DNA of 63,491 nt, filler included, from a bacterium (GTDB taxonomy: Bacteria > UBA9089 > CG2-30-40-21 > SBAY01), in NCBI GenBank assembly GCA_040757115.1. It is 10 parts of 10 records of this genome, joined end to end, with 100 filler letters (N's around TTAATTAATTAA, not from the genome) between each part and the next. Parts side by side here need not be neighbours in the genome. Positions count along the whole stretch, not along the records: positions 13,097 to 19,515 come from JBFLYA010000215.1; positions 19,616 to 26,017 come from JBFLYA010000216.1; positions 26,118 to 32,376 come from JBFLYA010000217.1; 7 more parts are not named here. One strand, written 5' to 3'. Of this stretch, positions 19,222 through 29,100 are shown in pieces. How positions within the stretch are numbered: the stretch's first letter is position 1; each line of letters begins with the position of its first letter. Position numbers and translations under genes: made by a program. The notes beneath the pieces were generated by a model. The model was not told the DNA's origin, ran no database searches, and saw only the letters and a list, made by a program, of their open reading frames with translations.

Positions 19222-19404
19222 TATTCTCCTGAAAATAGCGAATTAGTGAATTAGAGATTAGCGAATTAGTATAGTATCCACAGACTCGTATCCTCTGGTG
19301 TAGAACAGATATTCCCCCTTAATAAAGGGGGTTAGGGGGTTGTTCTTCCATTATTTTCATCCCCCTTTGTGAGTCGCAGACTCATGACCGTTTCTCCTGA
19401 AAAT
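19222..19404 (-). repeat. Reverse copy of the ATTTTCAGGAGAAA hairpin repeat plus a CCCCCTT-N-AAGGGGG palindrome
   Basis: 19353-19404 homologous to 8250-8305; AGGAG precedes the wzz TTG. Confidence 0.7.
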
Positions 19405-19615
19405 GTTTGTAAGTTGTTGTAATTACTAATGTTTTGTAATAAAGATGAGAGATTTAAACTACCTTTTCTCTTAAAAACACACAATATTCCCTTCTTGCCA
19501 TCGTCTCGAAAAAAANNNNNNNNNNNNNNNNNNNNNNNNNNNNNNNNNNNNNNNNNNNNTTAATTAATTAANNNNNNNNNNNNNNNNNNNNNNNNNNNNN
19601 NNNNNNNNNNNNNNN

Positions 19616-19803
19616 AAAAATTTGAAGTAGTGGAAGATTCTGTTAATGGACGTTGGTCTCCAGATGGAAAGATGTTTATAGGAGAATGCTTTTCTCTATA
19701 TGATAGCACTAGTGGTAAACGAATAGGTCATCCATTGTCAGTTGGAGTGCCATCTCAAAGCGGTAAATATTTTATATATAAAAAGCCAAATAATATTTGG
19801 TAA
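19616..19803 (+). CDS. 3' end of a TolB-like beta-propeller protein (5' truncated by contig)
   Basis: GRWSPDGK...KYFIYKKPNNIW*, same terminus as 20823-22004 (KRPNNIW*). Confidence 0.75.
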
Positions 19804-19821
19804 TCAAGGAGGTAAAAGGTC

Positions 19822-20812
19822 ATGAAAAAGTTTAACTTATGTATTTTATTGTTGTGCATTCTAAATAGTAAAGTAAGTGCCGAGGAATTTACCTGGGGAA
19901 GTTGTACCACTTATGCTCCATATCCTGTGCTATTTATCCACGGTATTAACGCTAATTCATTAACATGGGATACTGCGACTAAAGAATTAGAAAAGTACTT
20001 TGGATATAGATGGGTGCAATTTAATAAGCCAACCGAACCAATAACAAAAGAGAAGCCAGCAGTCACCTATGACGAAACCAAGCCCAATGCTCCGCAGAAC
20101 AAGGTAGTCAAGCATTATTTAGAGGCGTTTGATTATGGTGGGGAGGATACAGTAGGGAGTACTAAGGCATTAAAGGGAAATTATACCGAGTTAGTAGAAG
20201 AAATAGAGAAGGTATTAAAGGCATATTATGGGGAAGATAAGTGGCAAGAGGGTAAATTAATCTTAGTTGGGCATTCACAAGGAGGTTTGATTGCCAGAGA
20301 TTATTTACAACGGAATCCTGATAATGCTAAATACATCAAACGCCTTGTAACTATTGGTACTCCTCATTATGGTAGTCACTGGTTGGCTAATATATCAGCT
20401 ATGGCAATGCAAGATCCATCTCTTTCACCGGGTACAAAGCCTAACTGGTTGGGTAAAATAATAAAAGCTTTTGACCAAACATTCAGAAACAATATAAAAG
20501 CAGTAGAACGAGGTGATGCTGCGGTAAAGGATTTATTACCTAATAGTGAATATTTAAAAGAACTTAATCGTCTTTCTATTCCTAAGGATATTGAATATGT
20601 ATGTTTGGTAGGGCAGGTGGCAATTCCAGGCCCTCCATTTACATGTGATAGTGATGGTATAGTTATGGGTTATAGTCAAAGGGTGGATTGCTACTAAATG
20701 TGTTGATGAAGATATGTGGGAGGGATATAGTAAAGTTACTGAGACTATCTATACGAAGAGCCAAATTAATACTGGTCTTGCTGATAGTGAATTTGAGCCA
20801 ACATTTGAATAG
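19822..20812 (+). pseudogene. Internally deleted paralog of the 1104-aa lipase-domain protein
   Basis: ORF 19822-20697 (signal peptide, GHSQGG); out-of-frame 20684-20812 WIATK...INTGLADSEF resembles the C-terminus WIPTQ...LNIGISDEEF of 22020-25334. Confidence 0.8.
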
Positions 20813-20822
20813 GAGGGAACAG

Positions 20823-22004
20823 ATGAATATGGACAAGGTGGTAAGGATTTCAGCATTAACAGGATTAGGAGTAGTAGTTTTTTTGTTGGGATATACATTA
20901 TATTATGCAGTTTTTTCTATTACTAAGGAATCAGATTTAATCTCCTACCATGCACCTTGCTGGGGAGAGAAAAACAAGATTTATTTTATCAAGAAAGTGG
21001 CTTATGGGAAGGCAATAATAAATCCTTCTTCATTATTAAACAAGATTCTTTATCTTGAGGGGGATTATTTGCCAGAGAAAACCGAGGTATATGTTTGTTC
21101 GATGAATTACGATGGAAGCAATAAAAAGGAGATAGTAAAACTTTGTGATACAGAGATTGGTAATAGAGAATATGGTGATACAAAGGAAGGGAGTTATTGG
21201 TTACCGAGATATATGGACTGGTGTTCTGCTAATAATTTACTGCTTATTTCAGGAGGAGATATTCCAGGAAGAGGAGAAACTTCACAAGGGGTATATACAA
21301 TGAAGATAAATGGGCAGGATAAGAGGAGACTGTCAGAGACAGGGGTGCATGCCTCCTGGTCACCGGATGGAAAGAAAATAGCATATGAAATAATCACAAA
21401 AGAATCAAGGAGTGAAAAAATGTATGGTTATAAGGAGCCTGTAGAATATTATGATGAAGAAAATACTATCTGGGTAATGAATAGTGATGGCAGTGATAAA
21501 CATCAGATATCAAGAGAGAAAATACTAACGCGAACAGGCAGATGGGTGCGTGATGAACAAGGGAAACCAGTTATGGAAAACGGAAAAGAGAAGTATGTCT
21601 GGAAGGAAATGTATGAAGATACAGATCCCATCTGGTCACCCAGAGGTGACTTGATTGCCTTTGTTTGCAAAGGCTGGATATATACCATGAAACCAGATGG
21701 AAGCGAGAGGAGGAAGGTGATTGACAGCTCTCATCTTGCAGGTTGGACAGTAGATGGGAAAATGCTCTTTGTCGGTGGAAAAGAAGAAGGTGGTAGCGAA
21801 CATGCATACAATTGGTTTGTGGATTTAAATGGTAACATTGTTAAGAAAGTAGCTTACTGGGGTAAATTTTCTTTAGACGGTTCATTATTACGTTGCACTT
21901 TGGATATTATTTACAATAAAGAAGGGGAAAAATTGCCTTTGAAAGAACCATTTCCTGAAAAAGAGAAATACTGGCAATATAAAAGACCAAATAATATTTG
22001 GTAA
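20823..22004 (+). CDS. Membrane-anchored TolB-like (PD40) beta-propeller protein
   Basis: AGGAGG SD before ATG 20823; TM; WSPDGKKIAY, WSPRGDLIAF, MNSDGS repeats. Confidence 0.85.
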   Translation: MNMDKVVRISALTGLGVVVFLLGYTLYYAVFSITKESDLISYHAPCWGEKNKIYFIKKVAYGKAIINPSSLLNKILYLEGDYLPEKTEVYVCSMNYDGSNKKEIVKLCDTEIGNREYGDTKEGSYWLPRYMDWCSANNLLLISGGDIPGRGETSQGVYTMKINGQDKRRLSETGVHASWSPDGKKIAYEIITKESRSEKMYGYKEPVEYYDEENTIWVMNSDGSDKHQISREKILTRTGRWVRDEQGKPVMENGKEKYVWKEMYEDTDPIWSPRGDLIAFVCKGWIYTMKPDGSERRKVIDSSHLAGWTVDGKMLFVGGKEEGGSEHAYNWFVDLNGNIVKKVAYWGKFSLDGSLLRCTLDIIYNKEGEKLPLKEPFPEKEKYWQYKRPNNIW

Positions 22005-22019
22005 AGGAGGGTAAAAATC

Positions 22020-25000
22020 ATGAAAAAAATTGGATTTTATTTATTATTAGTAGGAAGCATTTTGACTAACAGGGTGTATGGAGAAGAGACAAAGTGGTCA
22101 GATAAAGAAAGTTATGGGCCTATGCCGGTTCTGTTTATTCATGGGATTAACGCTAATGCAGAGACATGGGACACTACTACTGAAGAATTGGAGAAGTATT
22201 TTCAATATAAATGGAAAAGATTCAATGGAGAAGATATAACATCTGAACCTTATCATCCAGTCACCTATGACGAGGAACATCCCACTGCCCCGCAGAACAA
22301 GGTCGTGAAGCATTATTTAGAGGCGTTTGATTATGGTGGGGAGGATACAGTAGGGAGTACTAAGGCATTAAAGGGAAATTATACCGAGTTAGTAGAAGAA
22401 ATAGAGAAGGTATTAAAGGCATATTATGGGGAAGATAAGTGGCAAGAGGGTAAATTAATCTTAGTTGGGCATTCACAAGGAGGTTTGATTGCCAGAGATT
22501 ATTTACAACGGAATCCTGATAATGCTAAATACATCAAACGCCTTGTAACTATTGGTACTCCTCATTATGGCAGTGACTGGTTGGCTAATATATCAGCTAT
22601 GGCAATGCAAGATCCATCTCTTTCACCGGGTACAAAGCCTAACTGGTTGGGTAAAATAATAAAAGCTTTTGACCAAAGATTCAGAAACAATATAAAAGCA
22701 GTAGAACGAGGTGATGCGGCTGTAAAGGATTTATTACCTAATAGTGAATATTTAAAGGAACTTAATCGTCTTTCTATCCCTAAGGATATTGAATATGTAT
22801 GTTTGGTAGGGCAGGTGGTAATTCCAGGCCCTCCGTTTATATGTGATAGTGATGGTATAGTCAAGGGTTATAGTCAAAGGGCAGAAAAGCCACTTCCTCG
22901 ACTATATCCAAAAGACCCTATCATAATTGAGCAAAAAATCCCCTGGGATTATATAATTAACTTACCGGGGATAGAGCATACAAAAGAACCTAAACAATAC
23001 CAAAAAATCTTCGAATCCCTCGACGGTATACCTGATGACCCTGATGGGGAAAAAAGATATTATTACGATACACCAAAAATTACACTTGGCACTTATACCT
23101 TCACCCCAGCTACTGATACTAATTTGTATTATGATGGTTCTGGCAATGACTTCTATATCACTGGTAAAATCTATGATTACTTACCTGCCAGCTGTACGAT
23201 TAGTTTAGAAATAAATAACCCAGACAATTATGTTATACAAAACAAGCCAGTATCAGCATTAAATATGACTACGGAATCCCAGGAAGAACCAAAAACAGGT
23301 CGTCCTCTTAATGCCAGGTTTAATTTTAAACCCGATGTTGTTTTATCACTTGGCATCCATACATTTCGCCTTACTATTAAAAATTCAGCAGGTTTAGTCG
23401 GCACAGCGACTACGCAAAACGGTTCATACTGGATACCATTCAGGATAACGGAAAAGGTAGTTGAGGTGCCGGGGCAGATAATTACTCCAGCAGGGACGGT
23501 TACGATTGCTGGCGGGTTTCAGGCGGCTTCATCCCTCTATTTCTGGGATAATCAAAATAATTACTGGGAGCGATGGATTAATTCTAATCTACGCGTGGAT
23601 TCAGATAATATCATCCGCTATAATTGTGGCACTTCTAACCTCGATAACCCTAATCTCCGACATCGCGTTTATCTGGAAAGCAGAATCTATCCACCGGCCT
23701 CGATGTATCCCAAAGCCTCTTGCGTCAATAAAAAGGAGATGCAGGCGATTACCTATACCTACGGCTCGCCGCCTTTTAAACTACTCCCATTTCCTAAAGC
23801 CGATAACACGGTAGTATATCGGCCTGATGTAGATGACAACGGCACAATTACCTATCCAGAAGATATGGTTACCTTTACTAATAACGAGGTTATCTTCACC
23901 CCAAAGAAAGATGCCTTACCCAATCTTAATTTTGGACCAATCATCCTTGGTAATCCGATGTATACTTACCCACTACACATAATTATCCCACCAGAATATC
24001 AAGGTGTTTCTTCTAATGAGCTGGATATTTATATCAATCAGGTCGGAGGATTGTATGCCTTAGAATCGGTCCAGAAGGCGTTCGATTATAGCCAGAGTTT
24101 ATCCAGCCAACAGGGTTTTAACCCCACACTAAATATTGCCTGGGCTCAAGAAGCAGATTTAACCAATGACGGGATTACAGGGTTTGGTAGTAACACTGCC
24201 GGCGTCTATCGACTATTAGTCAATGGAGATAGGGAGGATGAGTTTAATGAGGATAGGATTATTCAGGCTTATGGCAATGCCTTATTGACTCATTACACCA
24301 ATCGGCAGTATGGGCAGGGTTATTTTGACTACAAGTTACCCATTGCCTCAATCACCTATACGATGAGTCCACAGCAGGCGTTTGTAGATGGTTTTTGCCT
24401 GCGATTTAGTGCGGCGGTGCGTGGTTCTTCAATCGTAGAACTACCCATAGCATTGGATAAGATACCCTTTGATATATCAGAATCTACCCATCGCGGCACA
24501 ACATCAGCCTTAGGCATAGCTCAGGCATTATATCGAATACCAATGAAGAATATCTGGCAGGCATTAGAGAACCCGAACAAGACTATCGAGCATTCAGGAT
24601 ACACGATTCTTGATTTGCTTGATGAATTAGATACGCAGGGTTATGATACCAGTTCAATCAGAGCTGAGTTTTTTTCAACTGCCATGCCCACCCCCGCAGA
24701 AATTCTGCAAAAGGTAGCCGAGAATTTTGGGAAGATTGAGGATATGAAGGCAAAGATGATTAGTTGGGGGAGTGCAGGAACAAAAACTTTCTCTGCAGTA
24801 GAAAGAAAACTTTTATTCAAAAAGCCAGATAAAATGAAGTTTATAACCCCAGATAGAAACCGAACTGTGATTATAAATGGTGATATACAATGCGAAATAG
24901 ACCAGCAGGGAACTATGACTACAAATATTTCTGATTATGCAGATATATCTGAACGCCAATTAGATATTCACTACTATCTTCAGGAGTTTAAAGACAAACA

Positions 25001-25334
25001 CAATATTGTTATTATTGATCATCAGATTGTCAAGGGGAATATTTATATTTTAGAAGCTATTCCTAAAGAACCTAACATAATTTATGGAAGATTAGTCTTT
25101 TATATCGACTATGATAAAGGGATTGATGTTAAAAGGGAAGTATTTTCTGATGATAATATATTGTTAGTTACTAAAGAAATTACCATATCTGAATTGATAA
25201 AGGGTATTTGGATACCTACTCAATACATTGATAAGATGTACTTTGAAGATGGAGTGATTGAAACAAATACAGAATTGAGAGAGATTGAATTAAATATTGG
25301 GATTTCGGACGAAGAATTTAGTATTCCTCAATAA
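22020..25334 (+). CDS. Secreted multidomain protein: PGAP1-like alpha/beta hydrolase, middle domains, C-terminal LolA-like domain
   Basis: PVLFIHG, GHSQGG, TIGTPHYGS, DSDGIV, GIEH; FKKPDKMK...YILEAIPK...WIP...LNIGISDEEF. Confidence 0.8.
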   Translation: MKKIGFYLLLVGSILTNRVYGEETKWSDKESYGPMPVLFIHGINANAETWDTTTEELEKYFQYKWKRFNGEDITSEPYHPVTYDEEHPTAPQNKVVKHYLEAFDYGGEDTVGSTKALKGNYTELVEEIEKVLKAYYGEDKWQEGKLILVGHSQGGLIARDYLQRNPDNAKYIKRLVTIGTPHYGSDWLANISAMAMQDPSLSPGTKPNWLGKIIKAFDQRFRNNIKAVERGDAAVKDLLPNSEYLKELNRLSIPKDIEYVCLVGQVVIPGPPFICDSDGIVKGYSQRAEKPLPRLYPKDPIIIEQKIPWDYIINLPGIEHTKEPKQYQKIFESLDGIPDDPDGEKRYYYDTPKITLGTYTFTPATDTNLYYDGSGNDFYITGKIYDYLPASCTISLEINNPDNYVIQNKPVSALNMTTESQEEPKTGRPLNARFNFKPDVVLSLGIHTFRLTIKNSAGLVGTATTQNGSYWIPFRITEKVVEVPGQIITPAGTVTIAGGFQAASSLYFWDNQNNYWERWINSNLRVDSDNIIRYNCGTSNLDNPNLRHRVYLESRIYPPASMYPKASCVNKKEMQAITYTYGSPPFKLLPFPKADNTVVYRPDVDDNGTITYPEDMVTFTNNEVIFTPKKDALPNLNFGPIILGNPMYTYPLHIIIPPEYQGVSSNELDIYINQVGGLYALESVQKAFDYSQSLSSQQGFNPTLNIAWAQEADLTNDGITGFGSNTAGVYRLLVNGDREDEFNEDRIIQAYGNALLTHYTNRQYGQGYFDYKLPIASITYTMSPQQAFVDGFCLRFSAAVRGSSIVELPIALDKIPFDISESTHRGTTSALGIAQALYRIPMKNIWQALENPNKTIEHSGYTILDLLDELDTQGYDTSSIRAEFFSTAMPTPAEILQKVAENFGKIEDMKAKMISWGSAGTKTFSAVERKLLFKKPDKMKFITPDRNRTVIINGDIQCEIDQQGTMTTNISDYADISERQLDIHYYLQEFKDKHNIVIIDHQIVKGNIYILEAIPKEPNIIYGRLVFYIDYDKGIDVKREVFSDDNILLVTKEITISELIKGIWIPTQYIDKMYFEDGVIETNTELREIELNIGISDEEFSIPQ

Positions 25335-25398
25335 AAAGAGGTTATTTTAAAAATAGAAAGAGTAATAAGGTAATAATGAATCTAAAATGGGTAGGAAG

Positions 25399-25826
25399 GT
25401 AGCCGCAGGCTTTAGCCTGCGTAGCTCGGCAGAAAATAATGGAGAGACATATTAAAGAAAAGAAACATCGGTTGTCTTTAGATAATTATAAAGGTTTTGT
25501 AAGAGTTACATTTACATTAAGTCAGATTTATGGAGAGTAATAATTGCCTTTAAGCAGAAAACAGGTTTTTGGTTTTCCCAGAACAGGGAAAGGATACAGT
25601 GGCAAAAGGATTTTTATGATCATATACATCGCAAGGAGGAGGATTTAAGAAAGCATATAGTATATATTTTTGAGAATCCGATAAGAAAAGGGATAGTAGA
25701 TAATTTTAAGAATTATCCCTATTTAGGGTCATTGGATTAAAGTTTAGAGGAAATTGTTTTATAGGGTCGGTTTACGAACCAGCGGTTATCAGCTACCAGA
25801 CAACGCAGGCTAAAGCCTGTGGCTAC
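25399..25826 (+). mobile_element. RAYT (REP-associated tyrosine transposase) pseudogene 25439-25740 flanked by inverted GTAG-type REPs
   Basis: GTAGCCGCAGGCTTTAGCCTGCG / CGCAGGCTAAAGCCTGTGGCTAC; WQKDFYDHIHR...YIFENP; HUH region deleted, frameshifted. Confidence 0.85.
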
Positions 25827-25835
25827 CAACTTAAG

Positions 25836-26017
25836 GTGGAAAAGATAATGAAGACAATTGAAAATATATGTATTTTAGTTTTGGTTATTTTTTTAGTAGT
25901 AATTATCTTCAAGAAGAAGGCGATAAAAATAATCATTATCAGTGGGATAATCATAGGAGCAATAATAGGTGGTTGTAAATGGTTAGAATATAAGTTTGGT
26001 GCCAGAGAGAGTGATAG
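25836..26017 (+). CDS. Hypothetical membrane protein, 3' truncated by contig end
   Basis: Two hydrophobic segments. Confidence 0.5.
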
Positions 26018-26147
26018 NNNNNNNNNNNNNNNNNNNNNNNNNNNNNNNNNNNNNNNNNNNNTTAATTAATTAANNNNNNNNNNNNNNNNNNNNNNNNNNN
26101 NNNNNNNNNNNNNNNNNATAATTAATACAGGTAAATTTAAGCAAGAC

Positions 26148-29100
26148 ATGGAAGTAGTTAGTTTTATTGAGGGGTTTAACTTTAGCACTACCACCTTGCT
26201 TTCTTTATTACCATCACAAAAAGGAAATCTTAGCCTTAGCGCACCTATTCCAGCAAGTTTAACTGCTGGGTATTATTACGGTAGTGTCTGCGTCCAGATT
26301 GGTACTTCTTCTAAATATAAACAATTTAGTTTTTATATCCCGCAGGCAAAATTAGAGGTTAAAGTTAATGATAAAAGTTATCAGTTAGGGGAAACAGTAA
26401 ATATTTATGTAAAGAATATCGGCGGTGTAGCGGATAGTTGGGATTATACTATAAGATTATTTGATACAATAGGAAATGAGGTTTATACAGGTGAAGGGAG
26501 TATAGATAATTTATTTCCAGCAGATGATGAGAGGATAATAGGATTTGATATTCCAGGTGGACTAATAACCGGAGATTATATCATAAGTTTAATTACGACT
26601 GCTCAACTTATACAGTTAAGAGAAAATTTTGATAGATATATCAGTATAGAAGGGATAGATGCAGATATGAGTATATGCACTGCTCAGAAGACATACTCTA
26701 TTAATGAGCAAATTAATGTAAATGTAAAGATAGATAATAAAAATGACGCTATTGAAGGTGCTAAGTTGAGCCTGAAAGTAAGAAGTAATTATCCTGGGTG
26801 GCAGACTTTTACTGCATTGGAAAGAATTCGTGATATTAAAGTTGATGGTAATTATGTCTGGTTTGCAACTAATTTGATTGTGAAAAGATATAATAAGGTA
26901 GATAATAAGTGGGATGATTATAATAAGATACAAGATGCTAATACAATAGCAGTAGATGGGAGGTATATCTGGTTTGGGACATGGGATGGTGTATCACGAT
27001 ATGATAAGGAAACCAGTAGCTGGATAACTTTTAATATAGAAAATAGTGGGTTAGTGAGTAATCATATTAGGTCAATAGCAGTAGATGGGAAATATATTTG
27101 GCTTGGGACATGGGATGGTGTATCACGATATGATAAGGAAACCGGTAGTTGGACAACTTTTACCAAACAAAATAGTGGGTTAGTAAATAATGAGATTAGG
27201 TCAATAGCAGTAGATGGGAAATATATTTGGCTTGGGACATGGTATGGTCTATCACAATATGATAAGGAAACCGGTAGTTGGACAACTTTTACTAAACAAA
27301 ATAGTGGGTTAGTGGATAATGAAATTATGTCAATAGCAGTAGATGAAAAATATATTTGGTTTGGAACAGGGTATGGTGTATCACGATATGATAAGGAAAC
27401 CAGTAATTGGACAACTTTTAATGAAAATAGTGGGTTAGTGAGTAAGTATATTAGGTCAATAGCAGTAGATGGAAAATATATTTGGTTTGGAACATGCTAT
27501 GGAGTATCACGATATGATAAGGAAACCGGTAGTTGGACAACTTTTACTAAACAAAATAGTGGGTTAGTGAGTAATGATATTAATTCAATAGCAGTAGATG
27601 AGAAATATATTTGGTTTGGAACAGACTATGATGGTGTATCACGGTATGATAAAGAAGGTTATAATTGGATAGATTTTACCCAACAAAATAGTGGGTTAGT
27701 GAGTAATGATATTATGTCAATAACAGTAGATGAAAAATATATTTGGTTTGGAACAGAGTATAAAGGTGTATCACGATATGATAAGGAAACCGGTAGTTGG
27801 ACAACTTTTACCCAACAAAATAGTGGGTTAGTGAGTAATGATATTCATTCAATAACAATAGATGGAAAATATATTTGGATTGGAACAGAGTATGGTGTAT
27901 CACGATATGATAAGGAAACCGGTAGTTGGACAACTTTTAATATAGAAAATAGTGAGTTAGAGAGTAATGACATTTGGTCAATAGCAGTAGATGGAAAATA
28001 TATTTGGGTTGGAACATGTAAAGGTGGTGTATCACGATATGATAAGGAAACCGGGAGTTGGACAACTTTTACCCAAGAAAATAGTGGGTTAGAGACTAAT
28101 TGTATCAGGACAATAGCAGTAGATGGAAAATATATTTGGATTGGAACATGGGATAATGATGTATCACGATATGATAAGGAAACCGGTAGTTGGACAACTT
28201 TTACCTCATACAATAGTGGGTTAGTGGGTTATAAGATTAGGTCAATAGCAGTAGATGGAAAATATATTTGGTTTGGGACACGCTATGGTGTATCACGGTA
28301 TGATAAGGAAACCGGTAGCTGGACAACTTTTACCGAACATAGTATTATGTCAATAGCAGTAGATGGAAAATATATTTGGATTGGGACATGGGTGGGTGTA
28401 TTACGGTATGATAAGGAAACCGATAGTTGGACAACTTTTACCCCAGCAAATAGTGGGTTAGTGAGTAATTATATTAACTCAATAGCAGTAGATGGGGAGT
28501 ATATTTGGTTTGGAACAGAGTATGGTGTATCACGATATACTACAGCAGGGGATGTGATTTATGAAAAAGAGTATGAGATAACCTGTTTAGAATCAAGTAT
28601 TAGTCAGGAAGTAATAAATATTGGTACTTTAAGTAGTGTAGGTAAGCTATATATTGAAGGAGTACTTACCTCACATAAAAATCAGAAAATAGCTATAGAT
28701 ATGAATTCATTCTATATATTTAAGTCAAATTTATACCTAACATTTGATACTGATAAAAAGGTGTATAAACCTGATGAGTTGATTACTATATCCGGAACTC
28801 TAACAAATAAAGGAGAGAATATAGAAGCAGGTGACTTAGAGTTAAAGGTAAAAGATAGAGATGTAATATTCAGGACGCCAATTAATCTTGGCTCTAACAG
28901 TAGTTATAGTTTCATTGCTACTACTACGGCTAATTCATCTTTTGTCTTAGAATGTATGATAAACGATGTAAAGGTGATAGATTATATCCTGGTAGAAGAG
29001 ACAAAAGTTAATATAGAGATAATTACAAAACAGGCATTAACAAGAGGAACAAATACACTAATCATAAGGTTAAAGAATATAAGTAAAGTTGATGTAGTTA

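Noticed and set aside
20688-20822. N-terminal extension of the TolB-like ORF
   Set aside because: This region encodes the upstream paralog's C-terminal remnant in another frame; the SD supports ATG 20823
26940-28540. CRISPR-like regularly spaced repeats
   Set aside because: They are in-frame propeller blades with homologous intervening segments; no cas genes and no repeat-spacer array was seen in the window
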